A stretch of 64,000 nucleotides of DNA from an uncultured Bacillota bacterium. GTDB lineage: Bacteria > Sysuimicrobiota > Sysuimicrobiia > Sysuimicrobiales > Segetimicrobiaceae. The notes beneath the pieces are model-generated. The model was not told the origin of the DNA. It ran no database searches and saw only the letters and a program-made list of their open reading frames with translations. This document shows positions 37,603-47,415 of this stretch, one piece after another. The stretch spans positions 96,001-160,000 of the forward strand of contig CAWDRG010000011.1 of NCBI GenBank assembly GCA_963804645.1, in the 5' to 3' direction. The first letter of the stretch is position 1; every line of letters starts with the position of its first letter. A program made the position numbers and the translations under genes.

Positions 37603-39498
37603 ATGCAGCCGGGGCCAGTCGACAATACACACAGCCGGTTTGCGACGCTCACGACCCTACCGTTCGGCTCGGCGGTCCTGACCGACGGCGTGCTGTCCCG
37701 CCGGCAGGAGGTGAGCCGTGAGCGGTCGCTGTGGCATGGCCTGCGCATGCTCCACGCGGCCGGCAACTTTGAGAACCTCCGATACGCGGCCGCCGGCGGC
37801 GGCACCTACCGCGGCCCGTATTTCATGGACTCGGACGTGTACAAGTGGCTGGAAGCCGTCGGCTGGGAGCTCGGCCGGCGCCCCAACCCTGATCTGGAGC
37901 GCGAGGCGGAGCACGCGATTACGATCGTGGCGGCGGCCCAGCAGCCTGACGGATATCTCGACTCCTACTATCAGGTCGCGGAACCGGGTCGGCGCTGGAC
38001 GGACCTGACCCAGGGCCACGAACTCTACTGCCTCGGACACATGGCGCAGGCCGCGGTCGCGCTCTCCCGGGCGTGCGGTAACAACCGGCTGCTCGAGGTG
38101 ACCGAGCGGGCCTTCGCCCACGTCGACGCCGTCTTCGGCGAGGACAAGCGCATCGGTCTCGACGGCCATGCGGAGGTCGAGACGGCGCTCGTCGAGCTGT
38201 ACCGCCACACACGCAAGCCGGAATACCTGCGGCTCGCCGCGTTCTTCCTGAACCATCGTGGAGAGGGACTGCTCGGCGGCGGACGGCTGAGAGATCCCGG
38301 CTACTATCAGGACCGGGTCCCGATTCGGGAGGCCGAGATCATCGAGGGGCACGCCGTGCGCGGCACGTACCTGCTGTCGGGCATCGTCGACGCGTACCTG
38401 GAAACGGGGGATCCAGCGCTGCTCGCGTCGTCGCGCCGCCAGTGGCACGACATGGTGGAGCACAAGCAGTATCTGACCGGCGGCATCGGCTCGCGGCGCT
38501 ACAGCGAGGGATTCGGCAAGGCCTACGAACTGCCGGCGGACGCGGGGTACGCCGAGACCTGCGCCGGCATTGGCTCCTTCTTCTGGAACTGGCGGATGCT
38601 GCTCGCGACCGGGGACGGGAGCTACGCGGATCTCATGGAGCTGACGCTCTACAACGGGATCCTCTCCGGCATGGGGCTCGACGGCACCCACTACTTCTAC
38701 GAAAACCCGCTGTCGAGCGACGGCACGCACGTGCGCCAGGAATGGTACCGCGTCGCGTGCTGTCCGCCGAATCTCATGCGGCTGCTGGCGTCGATCGGCC
38801 ACTACCTGGCAACCGCCACCTCCCAGGGCATCCAGCTCCACCTCTACGACTCCTACCGGGTGGCCGCGCCAATCGCGGGCGGCCAGGTCGACCTGGAAGT
38901 TAGGTCGAACTATCCCTGGCAGGGCGAGGTCCTCGTTCGCGTCGCCGGCACGCCGGATCGGCCCTGGGAACTCGCCCTCCGTCTGCCGCAGTGGTGTCGA
39001 ACGCCGAGCCTCCGCATGAACGGGCGGGAGTTGCCGCACACCGTGCGCGACGGCTATGCGACCGTCTCGCGGACGTGGAAGCCCGACGACGTCGTCGCGC
39101 TCGACCTGCCTATGACGCCCACCCTCGTCGCAGCCCATCCGTACGTCGAGTCGGCGCGCCACGCGGCGGCGATCACGCGCGGGCCGCTCGTCTACTGCGT
39201 CGAGCGGTGCGATCAAGACGCCGGCGTCGATCCCAAGGCGGTCGCGATCGACGTGACCGGCGCGCTTCGAAGCGAGTGGGACCCCGCGCTCTTGGGCGGC
39301 GTGGTGACGATTACGGCGCCGGGCTCGGCGTCGGACGTCACCGGCTGGACTCAGCTGTACCGCCGGTTGGACGACGTGCCGGCGACTCCGCGGCCGGCGC
39401 AGCTGACGGCCGTCCCGTACTGCCTCTGGGGGAACCGAGACCCCGGAGGCATGTCCGTGTGGTTACCCGTCCAGCAGGGGCCGGGCCGCGGACGATAG
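37603..39498 (+). CDS. GH127 beta-L-arabinofuranosidase-like glycosidase
   Basis: FMDSDVYKWLEA, HELYCLGH, GHAVR, YAETCA, ACCPPN (Zn/Cys nucleophile motifs). Confidence 0.92.
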   Translation: MQPGPVDNTHSRFATLTTLPFGSAVLTDGVLSRRQEVSRERSLWHGLRMLHAAGNFENLRYAAAGGGTYRGPYFMDSDVYKWLEAVGWELGRRPNPDLEREAEHAITIVAAAQQPDGYLDSYYQVAEPGRRWTDLTQGHELYCLGHMAQAAVALSRACGNNRLLEVTERAFAHVDAVFGEDKRIGLDGHAEVETALVELYRHTRKPEYLRLAAFFLNHRGEGLLGGGRLRDPGYYQDRVPIREAEIIEGHAVRGTYLLSGIVDAYLETGDPALLASSRRQWHDMVEHKQYLTGGIGSRRYSEGFGKAYELPADAGYAETCAGIGSFFWNWRMLLATGDGSYADLMELTLYNGILSGMGLDGTHYFYENPLSSDGTHVRQEWYRVACCPPNLMRLLASIGHYLATATSQGIQLHLYDSYRVAAPIAGGQVDLEVRSNYPWQGEVLVRVAGTPDRPWELALRLPQWCRTPSLRMNGRELPHTVRDGYATVSRTWKPDDVVALDLPMTPTLVAAHPYVESARHAAAITRGPLVYCVERCDQDAGVDPKAVAIDVTGALRSEWDPALLGGVVTITAPGSASDVTGWTQLYRRLDDVPATPRPAQLTAVPYCLWGNRDPGGMSVWLPVQQGPGRGR

Positions 39499-39513
39499 TC
39501 CGCGCGCATCCCC

Positions 39514-40971
39514 GTGACCACGCCGTTCGAATCAGTGCGCACCGAAGTCCTGGTGGTCGGGGGTGGTCCGGCGGGGATGGCCGCGGCGCTCGCGGCCTCT
39601 CAGGCAGGGGCCCGCGTGACCCTGGTCGACGAACGCCCCACCCTCGGGGGGCAGGTCTACAAACAGAGCAGTCCCGCGTTCGGGCTGACCCACGCGGCGC
39701 GCCGCGGCGCGCACTACCGTCGCGGCCAGCAGCTCATCGCCGCCGTCGCGGCCAGTCCCATCGACACGCTCACGGACACGGTGGTGTGGGCGATTTGGGG
39801 CCGCGACGCGTTCGTGTGCCGCCAGGACCGCGAGGTGCGCCGCATCGCGGCGGAGGCGATCATCATCGCGACGGGCGCGTACGACCGGCCCGTGCCGTTT
39901 CCCGGCTGGACGCTGCCGGGCGTGATCACGGCCGGCGGCGCGCACTCACTCGTGAAGGTGTTCCGGGTCTCTCCCGGGCGCCGCATTCTCATGGCGGGAT
40001 CCGGACCGCTGTCGCTGTCGTTCGCCGCCGAGCTTCGGCAATACGGGGCTAATGTCGTCATGCTGACGGAAGCCTGCCCGCGTCCGACGGCGGCCGCGGC
40101 CCTTCGCCTGCTGGGCGCCGCGCCCGGCAACACGTCGAGCCTCGCGGAGGGGCTCAGGTACCTCTGGAGTCTCCGCCGTCAGCGAGTCCCGGTGCGCTGG
40201 TCGACCATGATCAGCCGGGCCGAGGGTGACGACCGCGTCGAGCGCGCGGTGATCACGCGGGTCGACCGGGATTGGCGGCCGCTTCCCGGGTCCGAGGAGG
40301 TCCTGGACGTGGACGCGATCTGCCTCGGATACGGCTTGCTGCCGTCGAACGAGCTGACGAGACTGTGCGGCTGCGCGCATGACTACGATGAGCAGCGGGG
40401 CGGCATGATCGCGAGGCATGACGCGTGGATGCGGTCGTCCGTACCGGGCATCCTCGTCGCCGGAGACGGCGCGGGCGTCTCGGGGGCGGCGACGGCGATT
40501 GAACAAGGGCGCGTGGCCGGTCTGGCGGCCGCCGTCGACACCGGCCACCTGAGCGCCGCGCAGGCCGCCGCCTTGGCGACGCGCGCCCGTGCGCGGCTCC
40601 GGCGGCAGCGTCGATTCCGCGAGGCGCTCGACCGGATGTACCCCGTGGGCCCCGGCGTGTACGAGCTCGCGAACGACCGCACCATCGTCTGCCGCTGCGA
40701 AGAGGTCACGCTGGGCGACATCAGGGCCGCGCTCGGCAGGTGTCCGGCGGACCCCCAAGGCGTCAAGGACTTCACCCGGGCCGGCATGGGCCTCTGCCAG
40801 GGCAGGATGTGCGGCCGCCAAGTCGCCGCCGAGGTCGCGCGCGCGACCGGCGTGTCGATCGGGGACGTCGACCCGGCCTCCGTCAGGCCGCCGGTGAAGC
40901 CGATCCCGATCGCGGCGGTGGCCGCGGAGATGCCCGAACGGCGGCGTCCGATCGTGGAGCTCAAGTCCTGA
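39514..40971 (+). CDS. FAD/NAD(P)-dependent oxidoreductase with BFD-like 2Fe-2S domain (OoxA/HcnB-like large subunit)
   Basis: GGGPAG, ATGAYDRPVPFPGWTLPGV, CRCEEV, GMGLCQGRMC. Confidence 0.88.
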   Translation: MTTPFESVRTEVLVVGGGPAGMAAALAASQAGARVTLVDERPTLGGQVYKQSSPAFGLTHAARRGAHYRRGQQLIAAVAASPIDTLTDTVVWAIWGRDAFVCRQDREVRRIAAEAIIIATGAYDRPVPFPGWTLPGVITAGGAHSLVKVFRVSPGRRILMAGSGPLSLSFAAELRQYGANVVMLTEACPRPTAAAALRLLGAAPGNTSSLAEGLRYLWSLRRQRVPVRWSTMISRAEGDDRVERAVITRVDRDWRPLPGSEEVLDVDAICLGYGLLPSNELTRLCGCAHDYDEQRGGMIARHDAWMRSSVPGILVAGDGAGVSGAATAIEQGRVAGLAAAVDTGHLSAAQAAALATRARARLRRQRRFREALDRMYPVGPGVYELANDRTIVCRCEEVTLGDIRAALGRCPADPQGVKDFTRAGMGLCQGRMCGRQVAAEVARATGVSIGDVDPASVRPPVKPIPIAAVAAEMPERRRPIVELKS

Positions 40972-42150
40972 ATGCACACGAACAGCCCGCCGGCGCCCGC
41001 GGACACCGACGTGGCCATCATCGGCGGCGGCCTCCTCGGCTGCGCGCTCGCCTTCCACCTCGCGAGGGCCGGCGTCGAGACCATGATGTTGGAGCGCGGC
41101 GAACTCAACCGGGAAGCCTCGGGCACGAACGCGGGCAGCCTGCACATTCAACTGCTGCGACCGCCGGGCATGGATGAAACGTGGTTCGAGCACTTCAGAC
41201 CGCTGGTGCGGCTGCACGCGGAATCCGCCAGCGCCTGGCGGCGGCTCGAGCGGGAGGCGGAGATCGACGCCGGACTCCGGATGCACGGAGGGCTGCTCGT
41301 CGCCGAAACCTCCGACCAGCTGCGGATGCTCGAGCATAAGGTGGCGCTTGAGCGGGCCGAAGGCCTGGATACGGAGCTGATCAGCGGGGCCGAAGCGCGC
41401 GCGATGTGCCCGCTGCTCTCGGAGTCGGTGATCGGCGCCGACTACTGCGCCGACGACGGCGCGGCGAACTCCCTGCTCGTCGCGCCGGCGCTCGCGGGCC
41501 GGGCGGCCGAACGCGGGGCGCGTATCGCCACGCACCATGAGGTGCTCCGCATCGACGTCGCGGGATCCAGAGATTTCGTCTTGGCGACACCGGGCGGTCC
41601 CATCCGCGCGCGGCGGGTGGTGGTGGCGGCGGGCCCCTGGACCGGGCGGGTCGCCGAGATGGTGGGCGTCCACCTCCCGATCGGTCCCAACGTCCTCAGC
41701 ATGAACGTGACGGAGGCGCAGCCGCCCGAGCTGAAGCTCCTGATTCAGCACGCCGGACACCGTCTCACGCTCAAGCAGACCCGCAGCGGCACGTACATCA
41801 TCGGCGGCGGCTGGCCGGGCGAGTACGTCACGTCCGAAAACCGCAAGCTCACGTCGTTCGACAGTCTGGCGGGCAACATGTGGGTCGCGGTGTCGGTCGT
41901 CCCGCGGCTCGCACGTCTTCGCGTGATCAGAACCTGGGCGGGCCTGGGCTCCAACACCCCCGACTGGCAACCGATCATCGGCGAATGCCCGCAGGTGCCC
42001 GGCTTCCACGTCCTGTTCGCCGGCCTGGGGTTCACGCTCGGCCTGGTCTGCGCGCAGATGATGGCGGACCTGCTGTCCGAGCGCACGGCGGCGGGCAGCG
42101 CGCTCGACGCGTTTGCGCCGAGTCGATACGCTGGGGCCGCGACTTCATAG
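40972..42150 (+). CDS. DAO-family FAD oxidoreductase (OoxB/HcnC/LhpB-like catalytic subunit)
   Basis: IIGGGLLG, ASGTNAG, RTWAG, PDWQPIIG, GFTLG. Confidence 0.88.
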   Translation: MHTNSPPAPADTDVAIIGGGLLGCALAFHLARAGVETMMLERGELNREASGTNAGSLHIQLLRPPGMDETWFEHFRPLVRLHAESASAWRRLEREAEIDAGLRMHGGLLVAETSDQLRMLEHKVALERAEGLDTELISGAEARAMCPLLSESVIGADYCADDGAANSLLVAPALAGRAAERGARIATHHEVLRIDVAGSRDFVLATPGGPIRARRVVVAAGPWTGRVAEMVGVHLPIGPNVLSMNVTEAQPPELKLLIQHAGHRLTLKQTRSGTYIIGGGWPGEYVTSENRKLTSFDSLAGNMWVAVSVVPRLARLRVIRTWAGLGSNTPDWQPIIGECPQVPGFHVLFAGLGFTLGLVCAQMMADLLSERTAAGSALDAFAPSRYAGAATS

Positions 42151-42173
42151 GCACGCAGGGGGGATCGCACGGC

Positions 42174-43061
42174 ATGGCGAGTCTGCTCCTCCAACTCATC
42201 TACAACGGTCTGGTCGTCGGGGCGATTCTGGCGCTGGCCGGCCTCGGCGCGACCCTCGTGTTCGGGATCCAGCGGGTCGCCAATTTCGCGCACGGCGATT
42301 ACATGACGGTCGGAGCCTACGCCGCCCTGCTGCTCGACGTCACGTGGTCCACCAACCTCGTCGTCGCCGCCGTCGGCGCGATCGTCGCCACGGCCGCGCT
42401 CGCGGTGGGACTCCATCTGGTGCTGCTCCGGCCGCTGCGCGGCCGCGGGCTGGTCGCGCTGTCGCTCATCACGGTGGGCCTCGGCCTCGTGCTGCGCGAC
42501 GCGCTGTTCCTCATCGAAGGGTCGCAGGCGCGCCAGTACGCGTTCAATCAGGCGGCGGTGCTCAACCTCGGCTTCGTCCGCATCGCCCCCGGCGAGCTGT
42601 GGGCCGGCGCCGCGGCGGTCGTGGTGGTCCCTGCGGTCGCAGCGATGCTGGCGTGGACGTCGATCGGGAAGTCCATGCGGGCGGTGGCCGACAACCGCGA
42701 TCTGGCAGAGATCTCGGGCATCGACACCGATCGGATCGGCCTGTATGTGTGGCTCGTGGCGGGCGCCCTCGCCGGGCTCGGCGGGACCATGCTGGGCCTC
42801 GTGCAGGGCGTGTTCGATCCCAACCTCGGATTCAACGTGCTGTTCCTGGTGCTGACCGTCGTGGTCCTCGGCGGCATCGGCAACGCGTTCGGCGCCCTGC
42901 TCGCCGGGTTTGCCCTCGGGCTGGTCATGGAAGTATCGACGTGGCCGCTGTTCTTTGGCGGCGTCCCAACCCAGTACCAGCCGGTCGTGGGGTTCATCGT
43001 CCTCATCCTGCTTCTGATGTTCAGGCCCCAGGGACTGCTCGGGAAGGCGCAAGTGCTGTGA
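42174..43061 (+). CDS. Branched-chain amino acid ABC permease (LivH-like)
   Basis: ANFAHGD, GKSMRAVADN, VVLGGIG, RPQGLLG. Confidence 0.92.
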   Translation: MASLLLQLIYNGLVVGAILALAGLGATLVFGIQRVANFAHGDYMTVGAYAALLLDVTWSTNLVVAAVGAIVATAALAVGLHLVLLRPLRGRGLVALSLITVGLGLVLRDALFLIEGSQARQYAFNQAAVLNLGFVRIAPGELWAGAAAVVVVPAVAAMLAWTSIGKSMRAVADNRDLAEISGIDTDRIGLYVWLVAGALAGLGGTMLGLVQGVFDPNLGFNVLFLVLTVVVLGGIGNAFGALLAGFALGLVMEVSTWPLFFGGVPTQYQPVVGFIVLILLLMFRPQGLLGKAQVL

Positions 43062-43068
43062 GGGGGCG

Positions 43069-44049
43069 ATGATGCATCTCCTGAACCCGCAGTTCTGGAC
43101 GTTCGTCGGGGTGGTCGCCGGAATCTACGGGCTGCTCGCGCTTGCGCTCTACGTGCAGTTCTCGATGGCGGGACTCCCGAACTTCGGCCACGTCGCGTTT
43201 ATGGCCGTGGCGGCCTACACGATGGCGCTGCTCGTGATCCGCGCGCACGTGGCGCTCGGGTGGGCCAGCCTGGCGGGCATCGCCGCCGCGGTGGCGCTGG
43301 GGTTCGTGCTGGGGATCCCCTCTCTGCGGCTGCGGGCGAACTATCTCGCGATTGTCACGGTCGCGGGCAGCGAGATGATCCGGTACCTGGCGACCAACCT
43401 CAGCGTCACCGGCGGCCCGGTCGGCTCCATGGGCATGTTGGGCCCGACGCAGTTCGCGACCTACACCACGTCCTGGCAGCCCTTCATCAACGGCGTCACG
43501 GCGACGCTGTCGCGATGGGTGGGCGGGGTCGCGACCAACGACTTCAGCATGCTGTGTCTCGTGTGGACGCTGCTGGCGCTGCTGCTGCTGCTCTTCCGAC
43601 GGCTGGAGAAGTCGCCGTGGGGCCGGGTGATGAAGTCGATTCGCGAGGACGAAGAGGCGGCCGCCTCCCTCGGCAAAAACGTCTACGCGTTCAAGCTGCA
43701 GGCGCTGACCCTCGGGGGCATCCTGGCGGGCGTGGCCGGCATCCTCTGGGCCCTCGAGATCGGGGTGTTCGCCCCCGATGATTTTCAACCGACCCTCACG
43801 TTCTACGCGTACCTGATCTTGATCCTCGGCGGCATGAATCGCGTCTGGGCAATTCCGGCGGGTGCCGTGCTGTTCGGCGCGCTGTACTCGGGTACGCGGT
43901 TTCTCAACTTCTACCCGCTCTCGCTCGTGGACTCCGGCGACCGCGCGTACCTCCGCCTCCTGATCGTCGGCGTCGTCCTGGTCCTGCTGATGGCCGTGCG
44001 GCCGGAGGGGCTGTTCGGCAAGCGCCAGGAGCTCCTCCTCGAAAAATGA
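43069..44049 (+). CDS. Branched-chain amino acid ABC permease (LivM-like)
   Basis: NFGHVAF, LRLRANYLAI, IREDEEAA, RPEGLFG. Confidence 0.92.
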   Translation: MMHLLNPQFWTFVGVVAGIYGLLALALYVQFSMAGLPNFGHVAFMAVAAYTMALLVIRAHVALGWASLAGIAAAVALGFVLGIPSLRLRANYLAIVTVAGSEMIRYLATNLSVTGGPVGSMGMLGPTQFATYTTSWQPFINGVTATLSRWVGGVATNDFSMLCLVWTLLALLLLLFRRLEKSPWGRVMKSIREDEEAAASLGKNVYAFKLQALTLGGILAGVAGILWALEIGVFAPDDFQPTLTFYAYLILILGGMNRVWAIPAGAVLFGALYSGTRFLNFYPLSLVDSGDRAYLRLLIVGVVLVLLMAVRPEGLFGKRQELLLEK

Positions 44050-44858
44050 CGGGCGCCCTCTTGGTCGTCACCGAGGTCTCGCGCCGCTTCGGAGGGGTGC
44101 GCGCCGTCGACGGCGCCAGCTTCACGGTGCAGCCGGGATCGATCACCGCCCTGATCGGCCCGAACGGCGCGGGGAAAACCACGCTGTTCAACATCGTCTC
44201 CGGGTTCCTCCGCGCCGACGCCGGCGCCGTGACCTTCGGCGGCCGCCGGCTCGAGAGACTGCCGGCGCACCGGGTGGCTCGAGCCGGCCTCGTGCGCACG
44301 TTCCAGGCGCCCCGCATTCTGACGCGGATGTCCGTCCTCGAGAACCTCATGCTCGGCAGTCTGGATCAGCCGGGAGAGCATCTGGGACGCGCCTGGCTCC
44401 ACGGACCCACGTCGAGCCGCGAACGTGAAGTGCGGGCGGAGGCGATGGCGACGCTCGAGCTGCTGCGCCTCACCCCGCTCGTCCACGCGTATGCCGGGAC
44501 GCTCTCCGGGGGGCAGCGCAAACTGCTCGAGCTGGGGCGCGCCCTAATGGCGACCCCCCGGCTGCTCCTGCTCGACGAACCTCTGGCGGGCGTCGCGCCG
44601 GCGCTCGCCGCCCAACTGCTCGATCACATCACCACTCTCCGCCGCGACCGCGGCATGACCTTTCTGATCATCGAACATGATATGGAGTCGGTGATGTCGA
44701 TCTGCGACTGGGTCGTCGCGATGGACCGGGGGCAGGTGCTCGCGGCCGGGACGCCCGCGGAGATTCAAGCGAACGAGAGCGTGATCGAGTCGTACCTCGG
44801 ACGCGTCCAGTCCGACGACGGCGCGCCCCACGCGCCCCGGCAGTCGGAGGACCGCTGA
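44046..44858 (+). CDS. ABC ATP-binding protein (LivG-like)
   Basis: GPNGAGKT, LSGGQ, LLLDEP, IEHD. Confidence 0.93.
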   Translation: MTGALLVVTEVSRRFGGVRAVDGASFTVQPGSITALIGPNGAGKTTLFNIVSGFLRADAGAVTFGGRRLERLPAHRVARAGLVRTFQAPRILTRMSVLENLMLGSLDQPGEHLGRAWLHGPTSSREREVRAEAMATLELLRLTPLVHAYAGTLSGGQRKLLELGRALMATPRLLLLDEPLAGVAPALAAQLLDHITTLRRDRGMTFLIIEHDMESVMSICDWVVAMDRGQVLAAGTPAEIQANESVIESYLGRVQSDDGAPHAPRQSEDR

Positions 44859-44860
44859 GG

Positions 44861-45610
44861 GTGGCGGACTACATTCTCAGCGTCTCCGACCTCACGGCCC
44901 GCTACGGGGACGAGGACATCCTGAAGGGCGTCTCCATCACCGTCCCGCGGGGGTCGATCGTCGCGCTGCTCGGGCCCAACGGATCGGGAAAATCCACCCT
45001 CCTCAAGGCGATCTACGGACTCGTCGTCAAGCGCACCGGCACCGTCCACTTCCATTCGAGGACCGGCCAGACCGTCGATCTGATGCGCCTGAAGCCGAAC
45101 GAGGTCACCGCTCACGGCGTCAACATGGTGCCCCAGCTCGCCAATGTCTTCCCGGAGCTGTCGGTGTACGAGAACCTGGAGATCGGCGTCATTCGGGAAC
45201 GGACGCGGACCGCGGAGCGCATGGAGCGCGTCCTCGGCGCGCTGCCGCTGCTCCGCGCCCTGCTGCGGCGCCGGGCGGCCACCCTGTCCGGCGGCCAACG
45301 GCAGGCCCTGGGCATCGCCCGCGCGCTGATGTCCAATCCTGAACTTCTGATCCTCGACGAACCGTCCGCCGGACTGGCGCCGCAGGTCGTGGACGAGGTG
45401 TTCCAGCAGGTGCGCGCGATCAATCAGAACGGCGTGAGCATCCTCGTCGTCGAGCAGAAGGCCCGCCAATGTCTGGCGGTCGCCGACTACGGCTACGTGC
45501 TCGACCAGGGCCGCAATCAGATCGATGGTCCGAGCGCCCAATTGCTGGCCGACCCCGAGATGGTGCGCCTGTACTTGGGCGCCCGGCGCCGCCGGACGGA
45601 CGCCACGTGA
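44861..45610 (+). CDS. ABC ATP-binding protein (LivF-like)
   Basis: GPNGSGKS, LSGGQ, LDEPSAGLAP, VEQ. Confidence 0.93.
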   Translation: MADYILSVSDLTARYGDEDILKGVSITVPRGSIVALLGPNGSGKSTLLKAIYGLVVKRTGTVHFHSRTGQTVDLMRLKPNEVTAHGVNMVPQLANVFPELSVYENLEIGVIRERTRTAERMERVLGALPLLRALLRRRAATLSGGQRQALGIARALMSNPELLILDEPSAGLAPQVVDEVFQQVRAINQNGVSILVVEQKARQCLAVADYGYVLDQGRNQIDGPSAQLLADPEMVRLYLGARRRRTDAT

Positions 45611-45647
45611 TGCACGGGGCGCGCGCGACGACCTGCGGAGGACGCGT

Positions 45648-45992
45648 GTGACGCCTTCCAACGAGACCGCGGCGCCCTTGCGCCTGGAGGGGGACGTCCG
45701 ACGCGGTCGGAAAATCACCATCACGGTGAACGATCGGCCCGTGACCGCCTATCTGGGTGAGTCGGTGGCGGCCGCGCTCATCGCGGAAGGATGCCGCGCG
45801 TTTCGGCGGACGGCGCGGACTGGCGAGCCCCGGGGCCTATTCTGCGGCATGGGAGTCTGTTACGACTGCCTCGTGGTGATCGACGGCCTCCCGGGCCGCA
45901 GGGCGTGCATGACCGACGTGCGCGACGGCATGCGGGTGGCGCTCCAGGAAGGCTGGGGCGAGCCCGAACTCGGCCCAAGTTCGAACCGGTAG
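45648..45992 (+). CDS. (2Fe-2S)-binding small subunit (HcnA-like)
   Basis: GESVAAAL, FCGMGVCYDC, RAC; GTG after GGAGG. Confidence 0.88.
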   Translation: MTPSNETAAPLRLEGDVRRGRKITITVNDRPVTAYLGESVAAALIAEGCRAFRRTARTGEPRGLFCGMGVCYDCLVVIDGLPGRRACMTDVRDGMRVALQEGWGEPELGPSSNR

Positions 45993-46110
45993 CCTGCGCG
46001 AAGACCACCCGCCCTCGACCGCTGTCCGCCGCCCTCACGCCGGCGCCGGGACGCGGGGGCGGCCGGGGCACTCCCCGACCGCCGCCGCGCCGCGCGCGTC
46101 CCGCGCCATT

Positions 46111-47097
46111 CTAGGAGCGTGCGACCGACTGCAGCATCGGCTGCGGCACGCCCGCCGCCCGAAGCAGCCGGAACACCTCGTCGTGCTCCTCCGCGCTCAA
46201 GTTCTTGAACGGCGGCCTGACCGTACCGCCCGTCAGCCCCACGTACTCGAGAGCGGTCTTCATCACGGTGATCGCCGAAAACGCCTCGTTCGAGCCGGGA
46301 TCCGACCCGTGGTGGAACCGTTCGACGAACGGGAAGAGACGGCCGTGATGACGCTCCGCCTCAAGGTATTTCCCGGCCTGAAGGAGATCCCAGTACTCCA
46401 ACTCATACTCCGGCCACCACGGGGCGATGCCGCTGATGAACCCCGCCGCGCCGTGCATGTGCGCCGTCGTCGCGGCGTAGCCGGCGGAACTGTCGATGTA
46501 GGCGATGCGGTCGTGATACCGGTCGAGAATCGTGTACTCGTCGATCAGCCGCACCAAACCGCTGTGCTTCATCGACACCACGTTCCGGATCTCGACCAAC
46601 CGGCTCATGCAGTGCGTCGTGATGCATGAGTTGACGAACTGGCCGCGCCACGCCTGATCGTACACCATAATGCCGATGTCGACGGTGCGTGCCAGACGCG
46701 TGTACCAATCGACGATCGCGTCCTCGTTGAGCGGATAGTAGAAGGGCGGCGGGCACATCGTGGCGATCGCGCCGGCGGCGCGGGCGTTCTCGGCCAGCAG
46801 CGCGGCGACCCGATAGTCGTTCGTGGCGATGCCTGCCACGACCGGGACGGCGCCGTCCGACCCGCGCACCACCGCTTTCACGACTTCCAGGTGCTCCTCC
46901 GGCGACAGGGCCACGTACTCGCCGTCACCGCACGGCGCGATCAGAAACCCGGACCGCTTCCCGATGCCGCGCTCCACCATGAAGCGCACGTTGCGCTCGA
47001 TCGTGGCCGCATTCAGGGAGTAGTCGTCGCGGAAGGTCGATGCCACGAGCGCGGCGGGACCGCGCAGTTTGGACCGTACCTCGTTCATATCCAGCAT
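46111..47097 (-). CDS. DapA/DHDPS-family lyase
   Basis: GDGEY, VPVVAG, PPFY, IMVYD, Schiff-base Lys in SMKHS, VRPP. Confidence 0.88.
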   Translation of the reverse strand: MLDMNEVRSKLRGPAALVASTFRDDYSLNAATIERNVRFMVERGIGKRSGFLIAPCGDGEYVALSPEEHLEVVKAVVRGSDGAVPVVAGIATNDYRVAALLAENARAAGAIATMCPPPFYYPLNEDAIVDWYTRLARTVDIGIMVYDQAWRGQFVNSCITTHCMSRLVEIRNVVSMKHSGLVRLIDEYTILDRYHDRIAYIDSSAGYAATTAHMHGAAGFISGIAPWWPEYELEYWDLLQAGKYLEAERHHGRLFPFVERFHHGSDPGSNEAFSAITVMKTALEYVGLTGGTVRPPFKNLSAEEHDEVFRLLRAAGVPQPMLQSVARS

Positions 47098-47415
47098 GTC
47101 GTCCGTCCTTTCCGGAGAGGAAATACACCGCTGGGGACATCCATCCGATCACGATGCAGCGCCCCGACACCAGCGCCGCAAGCGATTTAGACTTTGGAGT
47201 CCGGAAACCCTCCCGCGCGACGCCATCGGATGCGCGGTCACGCGGAGGAGCGGGCAGACCTCTCGAGGAATAGCAGGCGTCGCGCGGATCATGATGGGGA
47301 TCGTTGCGACCGCCCCGATCGCGGCCGCCCGCCGTGACCGTCACGCCGCCCGTCCCGAACGGACGCCCTGTTCCATCAGCACCGGCACAGCCAGCATGGG
47401 TCTCGAGGAGGATGC

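Noticed and set aside
39514..45992. Hydrogen cyanide synthase hcnABC
   Set aside because: Same families, but gene order and embedding among import genes and a glycosidase favour a catabolic amino/imino-acid dehydrogenase
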